The notes below the pieces were generated by a model. It ran no database searches. It was not told the DNA's origin and saw only the letters and a list, made by a program, of their open reading frames with translations. The translations under genes and the position numbers were made by a program. This document shows, piece after piece, positions 1 through 12,123 of a DNA stretch of 64,000 bases. Position 1 is the stretch's first letter; every line of letters starts with the position of its first letter. The stretch comes from Octopus vulgaris (taxonomy: Eukaryota), in assembly GCA_951406725.2 (NCBI GenBank), contig OX597828.1:18290001-18354000 (forward strand), in the 5' to 3' direction.

Positions 1-157
1 ATATCTATATCCGCCAGGTTTTTAAAATTTTTTTTAATGCGCTAACAGAATTATTAGAGCGTTGGAAATTAATGCCGCACAAAATTTGCGCTAAATTTTT
101 TACATCCGGAATTCAGTTCCTGCTGGAGATTAACTTTCCCTTTCATCCATCCATATT

Positions 158-586
158 CTTTTCTACTGTAGGCACAAGGCCCGAAATTTTGGGGGAGGAG
201 GGCAGTCGATTACATCGACCCTAGTACGCAAATGGTACTTAATTGAAAGACCTTGAAAGGATAAAATGCAAAGTCGACCTCGACGGAATTTGAACTCAGA
301 ACGTAAAGACAGACGAAATACCGCTAAACATTTCACCCAGCGTGCTAACGTTTCTTATTTCCTTATTGCCTACAAGGGGTTAAACATAGAGGAGACAAAC
401 AAGGACAGACAAAGGGATTAAGTCGATGACATCGACTTCAGTGCGTAACTGGTACCTAATTTATCGACCCCGAAATGATGAAGGGCAAAGTCGACCTCGG
501 CAGAATCTTAACTCAGAACGTAACGCCAGACGAAATACTGCTAAGAATTTCGCCCGGCATGATAACGTTTCTGCCAGCTCGCCACC
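158..586 (-). mobile_element. tRNA-derived SINE family A (two overlapping copies)
   Basis: Reverse complement of the recurrent consensus GGCGGCGAGCTGGCAGAA...GAGTTCAAATTCC (B box)...GCCTTTCATCCTTTCGGGGTCGATAAATTAAGTACCAG, seen more than 15 times in the window. Confidence 0.85.
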
Positions 587-1028
587 GTACGAGCTTCTCA
601 GAATTACCAACCTTTGGCCTATGTAAAAAACATCACTATTTTATCATATTTGTTGTTTTTGCTGTCTCTGGTTAAATAGTAAAATAAAACATTTGACTCT
701 TTATGATAAACCGTTTTTACGTTTTTGTTTCATTCGTTCGAGCACGACCAAGCTGGGGCAAAGCTTTCAATGATTTAGTCGATCAAACCAACTCCGCTTC
801 TTCTATTTTTAAGTTGAGTATCTTTTGCACGAGATTCATGTGTTATTTTTCCGACGAAAACGGTCCGGGAAAGTAAACAAACAACAACTACGAAACTAGT
901 CTGCAAGTAACGAGAAGACAAACAAATGGGCACACGCACAGGAATTTGTGTGTGTATGTGTGGGGGGGTCCAATGCAGCATTCTACCTGACCTCAAGGTT
1001 GTCTCAGCTATTATTACTACTATTACAA

Positions 1029-1410
1029 GGCAGCTAGCTGGCAGAAGTGTTAGCACGCCGGGCGAAATACTTACCGTTATTTCGTCTGCCGCTACGTTCT
1101 GAGTTCAAATTCCGGTGACGTTGATTTTGCCTTTTATCCTTTCGGGGTCGATAAATTAAGTACCAGTTACGCACTGGGCTCGATGTAATCGACTTAATAC
1201 CTATATCTGTCCTTGTTTGTCCTTATCGGTAATAAAGAAATAGGTATTTTGTCTGCCGATACGTTCTGAGTTCAAATTCCAGCCGAGGTCGATTTTGTCT
1301 TTTATCATTTTGGGGTCAATAAATTAACTACCAATTATGTACTGGGGTGGATCTAATCGACTGGCCCCGTCCAACGAAATTTCAGACCTTGCGCCTACAA
1401 TAGGAAGGAT
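1029..1410 (+). mobile_element. SINE family A (tandem copy with internal duplication)
   Basis: Head GGCAGCTAGCTGGCAGAA, two GAGTTCAAATTCC B boxes, central TCCTTTCGGGGTCGATAAATTAAGTACCAG. Confidence 0.85.
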
Positions 1411-2069
1411 TATTACAACTACTACTACTGTTGCTGCTAACACCTCTACTACTGCTATTATAATCAACAATAATATTTTATTTTTCTTTTTTTTTCCTTT
1501 ATGCCATGGTTGAGCCAAACGTAGACCCCTCCTATGTGGAGTAGAAAGTCCTGTTTTCTAGTTATCTGAGTGCTAGGCGTGGAATGAAATCCATATCCAC
1601 AATATAATCTTGCCTGCTGGTTCATAGAACATAGTTAGCTCGGTTGCATGTATTCGGAGCAGTCCTGTGGCACGGAATTTTCCGTGACCTTTACATAGAC
1701 CACCAACTGAGGCTCCGACCTCAGCGCTAAATAATACATTCATAAATCGAAGTAGAAAAGACATCCAAAGCGATGCTTTTATTTCGTAAAGAAAGGAAAA
1801 AACAAAACACCGACTGGCTTTTGTTACCTCTGGGGAAATTGTTGATAAATTCAGAGTATCTCCTCTCCTCATTCAGTCCATTCCAATAACGGAAGCGAAG
1901 AGAGGAAGAATGAATCATGAATAAATCTTGCATGGTGTGTACTGTGTGTGTGTATGTGTGTGTGTGTGTCTGCCTGTATGTGTGTGTGTCTAGACTGAGA
2001 GACGAAGAGAGACTCAGAAAGACAAAGAGATAGAAATAGAGTAATATATGCATATACATACATATATGT

Positions 2070-2119
<50 letters not shown>

Positions 2120-2192
2120 ATATAATGTATATATATATATATTGTGACCAGCGATGTGTAACAACATCTGACACTCTGGTCGGTGACGTAGT

Positions 2193-2277
<85 letters not shown>

Positions 2278-2328
2278 CATATATATATACATATGAGTGT
2301 GTGTGTGATAAAATACAAACTATCTCGC

Positions 2329-2412
<84 letters not shown>

Positions 2413-2615
2413 GATATCGGTTTCGCTTTGACATTTCTGATGCTACAAGGTCCATAAATATTATATAAACTGATAGATTTGTTATCTGGAAAAAGAGCAA
2501 TGGAATGACGGCCAATAACACCAAAATACTTGTTTACATCGCTGCATTCTTGCATAGGAAAGATTGTAACGGGCACTGTTCTGTAGACGTCTATAAGTAT
2601 ACACACACTCATATC

Positions 2616-2734
2616 TATTTCGGCCATATCACGTTGAAAGCACTGGTTCTAGTTTGATCACCGGAGTTAAGCAACGTCGAGACTAGTTAGTACTTAGATG
2701 GGTGACCGCTTGGGAAACCTAGGTGGTGTAAGCG
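2616..2734 (+). pseudogene. 5S rRNA pseudogene
   Basis: CGGCCATATCACGTTGAAAGCACTGGTTCTAGTTTGATCACCGGAGTTAAGCAACGTCGAG...GTACTTAGATGGGTGACCGCTTGGGAAACCTAGGTGGTGTAAGC follows the metazoan 5S sequence over ~115 nt; first bases diverged, several substitutions, no oligo-T terminator, single copy. Confidence 0.9.
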
Positions 2735-2745
2735 TCTCACAAATA

Positions 2746-2908
2746 GGCGCAGGAGTGACTGTGTGTGGTAAGTAACTTGCTTACCGACCACATGGTTCTG
2801 GGTTCAGTACCACTGCGTGGCACTTTGGGCAAGTGTGTTCTACTATAGCCTTGGGCTGACCAAAGCCTTGTGAGTGGATTACATAGACGGAACCTGAAAG
2901 AAGCTTGT

Positions 2909-2910
<2 letters not shown>
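2746..2910 (+). mobile_element. tRNA-derived SINE family B, 5' module
   Basis: GGCGCAGGAGTGACTGTGTGTGGTAAG...GGGTTCAGTACC...GGCACTTTGGGCAAGTGT (CORE-like)...GAAAGAAGC followed by (TA)n. Confidence 0.85.
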
Positions 2911-2956
<46 letters not shown>

Positions 2957-2957
<1 letters not shown>

Positions 2958-3330
2958 TAGCTGACGTATCCGGTAATTCTCGGGAAAGCGGGGGCTTATC
3001 TCTTGGTTCCGTTCTCATAATTGTTTCGTTAATACAGTAACAGTAATACAAAGTATGTAGCCCTTAAAACGGCTTTTGTGCATTTACAAAGAATACCGAA
3101 CTGTCTTACATGGGATCCGGTTTTTAAGAATGCCAAATAGGTTGTGAATACCAAAATGTAATAACATGAAATTAGTTACCCGATAGTAAGAATTCAAACA
3201 AAGTAGCCCTGAAAAGGCGGAAATATTAATAAGGTATGCATTCTAAAATCGTGAAACATGTTACGTAATAACAGGCTAATCAGATATGAGATAATAACAA
3301 TTCAAAGTAAATAATTCTGAAAAGGACATT
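2957..3330 (-). mobile_element. Possible Helitron-type 3' end fragment
   Basis: On the minus strand a short GC hairpin (CCCGAGAATTACCGGA) is followed by CTAG|T abutting (TA)n; internal degenerate repeat AAAGTA..GCCCT.AAA.GGC. Confidence 0.4.
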
Positions 3331-3349
3331 TGTGCGTTCCTGGAGAATA

Positions 3350-3501
3350 TTACCTTTCAGCTTCCGTCAATCAAATCCACTCGCAATGCTTTGGTTGGCT
3401 CGAGGCTATATTAGAATACACTTGCCCAAGGTGCCACGGAGTGGAACTGAACCCAGAACATGTGGTTGGTAAGCAAGTTACTTACCACTCAGCCATTCCT
3501 G

Positions 3502-3542
<41 letters not shown>

Positions 3543-3855
3543 CGTGTGTGCGTTTGTATGCGTGTATGTGTATGCGTGTGTGTGTGAGAGAGAGAAAAGA
3601 TAGAAACATACATAGATAGATGAATATGTGTGTGCGTGTGTCTACATACATATGTATTCGGTGCACAGTCAGAAACATACACACATATACATAAGACAGG
3701 CTTCCACACAATTTCCATCTGCCAATTTCATTCACAAAGCATTAGTCGAATCGGGATATAGTAGAAGTTATTTTCTCTCATTGTGCCGCGCAGTGAGACC
3801 GAACCCGAAGCAGTGTGATTTGAAAGCAAATTGTTTGACCACGCAGCCATAGCTG
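3350..3855 (-). mobile_element. Two degenerate SINE family B 5' modules
   Basis: CACTTGCCCAAGGTGCCACG...CTTACCACTCAGCC (3350-3500) and a more decayed copy at ~3695-3855. Confidence 0.7.
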
Positions 3856-4231
3856 CAAACTATCTCCATGAATGTCTTTTAGCGGATTGTACTTTTGCGA
3901 GTTCTCTCCCTTACTTGTTTTGAAAGAAATGTTCATTTACACTAACGAATTTCCTTTACATTACGATGGCAAAGTTAATTACAAATATATTTTGAATGAT
4001 ACGACATTTTATCTATGATAGTTTGGTCTTAACTATAGATGTGTATGCATGTGTGTATATGCTTGTGTGTATATGTGTCTTAGTTGGGCGTACGTTTCTG
4101 CATACGCCCGGGGCCTGAGTGCGTGTATATATATATCAATCGTAGAACCAATTCAGTTCAAATAATTCAAATAATAAGGCTCTCCATAAATATATGGTTC
4201 GAGTAAATAACATGTACCTATAGTGGTACAT

Positions 4232-4268
<37 letters not shown>

Positions 4269-5229
4269 GTGTGCGTATATGTGCGTTTTACGTATCAATA
4301 GCTTTCTGTGTGTGCGTGTGTTTGTGTGTGTATATATATATATATACACACACATACACGTTTATATATAATCCCACATAGCTGTAGTGATACAGTTACA
4401 GAAATAAATATATGCGTGTGGGTACATGTGTACATATCCGTATATGTGTGTGTATGTGTGTGTGTTTGTGGTAATACGTATATAAAGACATATGTAGGTG
4501 TATTTGTGTATATTCGTGTGCGTGTTTAGTTGTATAATAAAAAAAAATACCACAGAAATTGGCAGTGATGTTAATTTGTGTCTTTTTGCCAAAACTAGTA
4601 TATGAACATTGGCAAACGATGTTTACTGCATGTACAAATGTCTGGTCTCGTTTTAAAATAGGGCGGTCTACTTTGTGACTGGCCTTTTTGTTTAACATAC
4701 ATATGACCAGTGCAAACAAATCCATTTATATATAAATACAAATATAAATTAACACACACACACACACACACACACGGATGGATGCTAGGTTGGGTGGAGA
4801 GATGGTTGGATTGAAGAATGGTTGTCATGTTGATGAATATTCAATGTTTTCCGAGGAGATTAACCGAGTGAGAAGATAAAATGGCTACCGCTAATACATG
4901 AATGTTGTTGTCAATCAACGTCATTCCTAGTACGTCTATCTTATGACAAGTATCATCACCAGTTCCAGCTTTGGACTAAGACCTACGATTAACAAAACTA
5001 ATAATGTAAAGGTCTTGTGTTATTCCGAGCTGTCACTTACGACTCATGGCCTTTCTTCGTTTTTTTTTTTTACCGAACCCTTAGATAAGGAAACTGGTTC
5101 ACATAACATCAGCGTCTGTTAGAGTGGCCTGCGAATTCTGTACCAAAATGTTTCCGGCTCCAAATTCTGTACCAAACTTATACTTCGTCGGGTACGTTGG
5201 ACATTGTTCTAGCTGATCCGACCGAGGGA

Positions 5230-5509
5230 ACGAGCCTGCTCGAGAAATCAACGGGCAAGCGGCTGAACACTCTGCGGACACGTGCACCCTTAATGTAGTT
5301 CTCTTGAAGATTCAGCGCAACAGAGAATGTGAGAGAACTGATCCCTTGAAATACAAATGTTACTCATTTTGCTAACTGAGCGGCTGGAGCAGCATTAGTG
5401 CATTATTTACATTTTGTTGTTGTTAAGACAACGTTTTGGCTAATATATCAGGTGTCTTGGGGAAATTTAGATCCTGGGTTCTCATTCTTAAGGTATTTTT
5501 CGATAATGA

Positions 5510-5548
<39 letters not shown>

Positions 5549-6142
5549 TCTGGTCACTGCCTGGAATAAAACTCGGAATCTTGGGGTTAGTAGTCCGCGC
5601 TCTTAACCACCACGCCATATGCAATTATTGAGTGAATTTTAGGGCTTATAAATCTAATATTTTTCCATCCTTCCTTAATACCGGTTCCCATATGCTACTC
5701 ATATCTGCACTGCACATGGGAACCGGTATTAAGAAAGGATAGGAAAATATTAGATTTATAAGCCCTAAAATTCACTCCATAGCTGCCTATGGAGCTGTGG
5801 TTAAGAGTGCAGTATACTAACCCCAAGTTTCCGAGTTCGATTCCAAGCAGTAACCTGAATAATAATAATAATAATGATAATAATAACATCGAAAAATACC
5901 TAGGGGTGAGAACCCAGGTTCGAAATTTCCTCAAGATACCTGATGAAGTCTGGAGGGTATATCAACCGAAACGTTGAGGACAAATATCCATCAAATGTAA
6001 GTAATGTACATAATTCCTCATCTCTTAAATATAGAACTGTAAAATAAAGTATTTTGTTTAAGAACACAACACTCCAGCGGGTATCGAACTCGTGACTTTA
6101 TGATTGTAAGCCGAATACCGTAACCACTAAGCCACATGCCTT
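5230..6142 (-). mobile_element. tRNA-derived SINE family C, split by a palindromic insertion at 5398-6039
   Basis: ...CTGAGCGGCTGGAGCAGCA (ends ~5395) rejoins GTAAAATAAAGTATTTTGTTTAAGAACACAAC...ATCGAACTC...AACCACTAAGCCAC (6039-6142), matching intact copies at 59164 and 63020. Confidence 0.75.
5398..6039. mobile_element. Palindromic non-autonomous element: divergent tRNA-like heads, (AAT)n, hammerhead-like motif, one-sided 3' tail
   Basis: ~300-bp inverted arms centred near 5703; right arm has GTGGTTAAG (A box), GAGTTCGATTCC (B box), CTGATGAA..GAAACGTT at 5940-5975 and an extra CATAATTCCTCATCTCTTAAATATAGAACT. Confidence 0.8.
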
Positions 6143-6169
6143 CACCGAATTCTGCATACCTTAACAAAT

Positions 6170-6570
6170 TTGACCTATGACTGGAACCATTCATAGGTAC
6201 TGCAAGCCAGGCCTACAGGCTTCTGCGTTCCAGGATTTTGGGGAAGAACATACACAACTGGTTTCCTGTTTTCCTTCAGCCGGTTTGTCTATAGTGTTTT
6301 GTTTGTCCCCAGTTCTCCCGAGCTCAGCATCGAATCATGGGTTTTATAACTGCTTCAATGAGGCTAAGACATGCCCAAAGAATAGTAGATCAGTGTCACA
6401 CATATCTAGACGCCAGTCCACTTCTGAACCTTGTAAACCTTAGTCACAGGGCCATCTTCTGTTATATGATCCCATAATTGTGGCCCTTATGAAGTACTAC
6501 CATCCCAGCTCAGAGCGTCCTCAGAATCCTGATATTCCGAGCTACTGCCATACCATTTGATGTTTATATC
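6170..6570 (-). mobile_element. Decayed RTE-clade LINE C-terminal fragment
   Basis: Minus-strand translation across frameshifts gives RILRTL, WDHIT and LLFFGHV...FDAEL, resembling the RTE W.D.ITN / RLRWFGHV / F.GEL motifs. Confidence 0.5.
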
Positions 6571-6584
6571 TTGCCCAGGACATA

Positions 6585-6800
6585 GGCAGTGAGCTGGCAG
6601 AATCGTTACCGCGACGGGCAAAATACTTAGCAGCATTTCGTCCGCCTATACATTCAGAGTTCAAATTCCACCGAGTTCGGCTTTGTCTTTCATCCTTTCG
6701 GGAGTGATAAAATAAGTACCAGTTGAGCACGGAGCTCGATGTAATCGACTTATCCAGCCCCGCTAGATTGCTGCCCTTGGGTAAAAATTTGAAACAAGCA
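6585..6800 (+). mobile_element. SINE family A
   Basis: GGCAGTGAGCTGGCAGAATCGTTA...GAGTTCAAATTCC...TTTCATCCTTTCGGG. Confidence 0.85.
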
Positions 6801-7464
6801 TTATAATTGAATGAATTGCTTTTCTACAAAGAGATCATGAAATTTCCACTAGGAAGTGGTGATATTAACCGATTTCCACCTCGTCTACGTAGTTATTAGT
6901 ACGGGTTCAGATAAGGATTTTTCAATCACGGTTCACTCTGTCAATATTTCAGCGTTGAGAATTATTGATTTATTGCTTACACATAAGGACAATGTGTAGC
7001 TAAATAGCAGAGTAGACCTTCAACATGCAGGGTCATTATAAAACCCTTGTGGAATTATAAATTTAAAATTCTAAATTTTTATACCTTTAATTCTATAAAT
7101 GACAGAATTAATCTGGGAACAACATTTAACAGCCTGATGCGTCAATTTTATCGCTGACAATGAAACAAATTTCTTATTTTTCATTATTTTTGAATATTTA
7201 ATAACTGCTTCCACTTTATTCTACGGAGACACGTAAAGATTACATGTAAAGAATGCTTATTCAACTAAACCTGGTTCTATAGAAAACATGCAGGCTTGAG
7301 CTGTTAATGTGAATCATTGGAGAAACCCAAATTAGGATTAAAAACGTATTTCTAAAGCTTCGGAACCATATCATGGTTTGCATACTTAACGACGGTGGAC
7401 TGGTTGAAAATTTGCATTCTAAGTTATAAATTTAGTGAAAGACGTATTTTTAAATTTGCACAAA

Positions 7465-8065
7465 CGCATAGGTATGTTGTGTGGTTAATAAGTTCGCTTT
7501 GCAGCTAGGTGCTTTTGAGTTCAATCCCAGTTCGCGACACATCGGGAGAGTGTATATTATTCTATAGTGCCCTGTCGACCAATGTCTTGTGAGCGAACGC
7601 TGTCGACGGAAACTTTGGAAGCTCCTTGTATACATATGTGTATGTTTCTCTCTTTCTCCTTCTCTCTTTTACTTGTTTCAGTCATTTGACTGCGGCCATG
7701 CTGGAGCACCGCCTTTAGTCGAGCAAATCGACCCCGGGACTTATTCTTTGTAAGCCCAGTACTTATTCTATCGGTCTCTTTTGCCGAACCGCTAAGAGAC
7801 GGGGACGTAAACACACCAGCATCGGTTGTCAAGCGATATTGGGGGGACAAACACAGACACACAACACACACACACACATATACATATATATACATATATA
7901 CGACAGGCTTCTTTTCAGTTTCCGTCTACCAAATCCACTCACAAGGCATTGGTCGGCCCGAGGCTATAGCAGAAGACACTTGCCCAAGATGCCACGCAGT
8001 GGGACTGAACCCGGAACCATGTGGTTGGTTGGCAAGCTACTTACCACACAGCCACTCCTGCGCCT
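7465..8065. mobile_element. SINE family B: decayed + copy (7465-7630) and full-length - copy (~7660-8065)
   Basis: Full bipartite structure on the minus strand: head, CA/TA microsatellite, 3' module ending CCAGCATGGCCGCAGTCAAATGACTGAAACAAGTAAAA. Confidence 0.85.
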
Positions 8066-8617
8066 GTGTGTGTGTGTTTGTTTGTTTGTTTCCCCGATAC
8101 CTCACCGCTTGACAAACTTAAACAGTATAAGTACCGGGTTCCATTTCGTCGTGAAGACACACTTCAAGGCGGTGATCGAGTTTGGTCGCAGTCCAGTCTG
8201 TTATCTTTTATCTTCAGCAAAAATATGAAAAATAAATAAGAAAATGACTACGTAAAATTCCCCGTATTGTTGCTAAATGATATATTGATCATCAAGAGAA
8301 AGCAATGGCGATGAATTCAATATTATTCGAATTTACAATTAAATGTCATTAGTTACGCCACTGTCTTCAGCAATTTTGTATTATCGTTTTTGTTATTTAA
8401 ACTCAAGTCAGTACTGATCGAACATCTATATTTATTGCATTATTGCTATGTTCATACCGACATCTTATAGCATAGCATACCTTGGACAATATCCAGTGCC
8501 TTCTCGTTTTAAGAAGATAGTATATAATATGATCATATTTTAGTTGCAATGTCTAACAGATCAATAAATAACATAACGGATTCCTTACACAAGACTCACG
8601 ATCACTGACTTCCTACT

Positions 8618-8785
8618 TGTGCATTATTTACATTATTTACATTATTTACATTCGACGGATATTTATCCTCATCTTGCTTGTTGTTAACACAACATTTCGG
8701 CTGATATACTCTCCAGCCTTCTTCAGGTGTTTTGGGTAAATTTCGAACCTGGGTTCTCATTCCTAAGGTATATTTTTCGATGTTG

Positions 8786-8858
<73 letters not shown>

Positions 8859-9023
8859 TAGGAATGAGAACCCAGGTTCGAAATTTCCCAAGATACGCTG
8901 GAGCGTATATCAGCCGAAACGTTTTGTTAACAACAATCAAGATGAGGATAAATAGCGTTGAATGTAAATAATGTAAATAATGTAAATAATGCACATAATT
9001 CCTCATCTCTTAAATATAGAACT
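8618..9023. mobile_element. Second, internally shorter copy of the palindromic hammerhead-bearing element
   Basis: Inverted arms around (TTA)n; same left end GTGCATTATTTACATT and same right-only tail CATAATTCCTCATCTCTTAAATATAGAACT as 5398-6039. Confidence 0.8.
8686..8731 (-). ncRNA. Minimal type I hammerhead ribozyme-like motif
   Basis: Minus strand AACAC-CTGAAGA-A-GGCTG-gagagtatat-CAGCC-GAAA-TG-T-T-GTGTT: 5-bp stem I, CUGANGA and GAAA cores, 5-bp stem II, loopless stem III. Confidence 0.65.
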
Positions 9024-11687
9024 AGACTTTCTTCTTATTCTCAAAATTAATCGCCATCCTTGTGTTAAGACAATAGCGTATGATTTGAAGGAGATTTGGC
9101 TACTGGGACTAGCATATAAGACAACCACGTTGAGGAAATAACGATCGTAACGTACGGATAATCAAAGACGTTCCAAAAGTAGCCATTTTCCTTTTACACA
9201 TAAGCAAACTCCTATTAGTTAAAGACAATTGAGTGTGAGTTGCGGATGGTCAGGCTGCTATTTCCATTGCATGATGTTGTTATTAGTGTTGATGTTGTTG
9301 CTGCTGGTATTGTTATTCTTGGTTATCTTGTTGTTGTCGATGTTACTTAGCCCCAGGTCATATCTGATCTTGCAAATCAGGGATTTGCGTAACGATTTTT
9401 TCTTCTTTAGGTTTATGTAAAGTAATACTATTCAATATGACTTTATCTTACTTATGATGATAGTGTAGAATCTGAAGGGACGTTTGGCTGCTATTTCTAG
9501 TAAAATGACCAACCACAAAGACACCCCACCCCCCATCGAGCAATTTGATTCTCGTTTTCATGCCATATGCGTAAAGGCGTCTACTATCATGGATATACAT
9601 GTCAAAGTCTGGAAATGCATAAATTTTCCTGGAAGTGATGAAACAGTCATTTATTGGTGCCTTGTGTTGGTTTAAACACTTTTGTTTATTTCTCTCCTAA
9701 TCTCCCGAGATAGCATTTTTTAACGCTGAGGCACAGGAGGAAAAAACAAACAGAAAGCATGTTATTAGGTATGTGAAGATAATACGATGTCTCTCCGAAT
9801 ACAACCTTAAATACAAATGTTTAAGAACGAGCGAACTAGACATTTATGAAGAGAGAGACATACACATATATATATACATGTATGCATGTATGTATGTATG
9901 AATGTATGTATATATTCTGTGTTTTGTAATTGTAATTGTCCAGTACATAATGATATCAAAGGACTACGGTTCAACAAAGTATGCAAAACATTAAAAATAT
10001 ATCCTTATATCTGAGATTTAAAATGTATATTTACGCATGTAGACAGACATATTAGATAGATAGATAGATAGATAGATAGATACATACATACATGGATGGA
10101 TGGAGGGATGGATGGAGGGATGGATGGATGGATGGATATACAGACAGACATTTTATACATACACAAATGTATACCTATATATATAGATGTAGATTGAAAG
10201 CTACATATATACATACATAATTCTATATAGGTGTACAGGAGTCTGAGTGTGTATGCATGTGTGTGTGTTTGTATGTATGTGTGTATGTGTGTGTGTCTGA
10301 GTAAGAAATGGGTGAGTGGGGGAGGGGTGTCATGCAGCAATTTAAACGGCGATAAATTTAATGAAGTTCTTATAGTTTTTCGATAATTGTATTCTTTAGT
10401 TTCCAAGTTGTTTATTCATCTTTACATATACACTATTCTATGTATTTAGTCACATGGTCATAACAAAACAAAACATACGCACATATACACACACATGTAT
10501 ACGTGTATATATATACAGACATACATAACGACTTGTACTAGAATGTATACATGTATATCCATCTTTTTTTTTTCTTTAATTATACTTTTACCGAAATAGC
10601 AGACCAATAAGAAATCTTATATCGATAGAAAATATTGACATTTTCATCGTTAAACTTTTAAAAACTTATTTGGAATAAACTCTCCGAGGACATTGCATAA
10701 CACAGAACAAAATAACTAATAAATTTATGAAGGAGATTAAATGTAACGGAAGAATGTAAGGAATTTTTTTGAAGAAAAATCCCTTGCGTAAATATCTATA
10801 TTTATATTTAATTTTCCCCGGTATTTGTGGATAATAACTCGTTTGGTTTCAGGTTTCCATTGAACCAATTGTCCGTCCTTTGTATTCGTAAAGACTAGTC
10901 AGCTTGACAGGCAGTTTGGATAACAAGCTACAGAAGAATATATATAACGTAGGACTCCGCGCTCAATGGACGTCGGTTGGCAGTTTTCTCACCGATGTCC
11001 ATTGATAAAGGCTGTATACTTACAGACAGATCACACACATATCCTGATACACGTTACCGTTAACGACAGTGGAAATAAATGCTCCATACAGGCAAGGCAA
11101 ATAGACAAGACATTTCTACAAATTCGTTAGTTTCTATTGAAATGCCCTCAATGATACTCTGCGTTTCCAATATGCAAAGAAGGGGAAATAATATTCTTCA
11201 GTTGGCTTGGTATCTTAGTTTAAAGAACGTCACATGCAAATACATATGCATATGTGTATATGCTCAGAGGCTCAAGATTGCTTGGAGACACAAGCCGTGT
11301 TTTAAAATCTTGTCTAGGTGAGTGTTTCCACAGCCACAAACTATTATAAGCTCGTATCTTTATCCTAAAAATCTTTAAATCTTTAAATTGTTTCAGCTTC
11401 AAAGCTGAGGTCAAGTTTGGGCAATGCATACATACATATATGCATACATACATATATGCATACATACATATATGCATACATGCATGCATACAAACATGCA
11501 TACATACACACATGCATACATACATATATACGAACATACACACACATACATATACTCACACACATACACACATATACATACACACATATACATACACACA
11601 TATACATACACACATAAATACATACACAGATGCACACATACATAGATACATACATACACACACACATACATACATACATACATACAT

Positions 11688-12075
11688 AGGCGTAGGAGTG
11701 GCGGTGTGGTAAGTAGCTCGCTTCCGAACCACATGGTTTGGGGTTCAGTCCCACTGTGTGGCACCTTGGGCAAGTGTCTTCTACTATATCTTCGAGCCGA
11801 CCGAAGCCTTGTGAGTGGATTTGGTAGACGGAAACTGAAAGAAGCCCGCTGTACATATGTATATATATATATATGTATGTGTGTGTGTATATGTTTGTGT
11901 GTCTGCGTTTGTTCCCCCCAACATCGCTTGACAACCGACGCTGGTGTGTTTACGTCCCCGTAACTTAGCGGTTCAGGAAAAGACACCGTTAGAATAAGTA
12001 CTAGGCTTACAAAGATTTACTGGGGTCGATTTACTCGACTAAAGGCGGTTCTCCAGCATGGCCACAGTAAAGTGA
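11688..12075 (+). mobile_element. SINE family B, full length
   Basis: GGCGTAGGAGTGGCGGTGTGGTAAG...GGCACCTTGGGCAAGTGTCTTC...microsatellite...CCAGCATGGCCACAG. Confidence 0.88.
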
Positions 12076-12092
12076 AGAGAGTATACACACAC

Positions 12093-12123
<31 letters not shown>

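Noticed and set aside
1573-1872. ORF containing GHGKF, reminiscent of a LINE zinc-knuckle region
   Set aside because: No downstream CCHC or other supporting motif.
5783-5860. Functional tRNA gene
   Set aside because: Acceptor and anticodon stems do not pair properly; it is a tRNA-derived head within a repeat.
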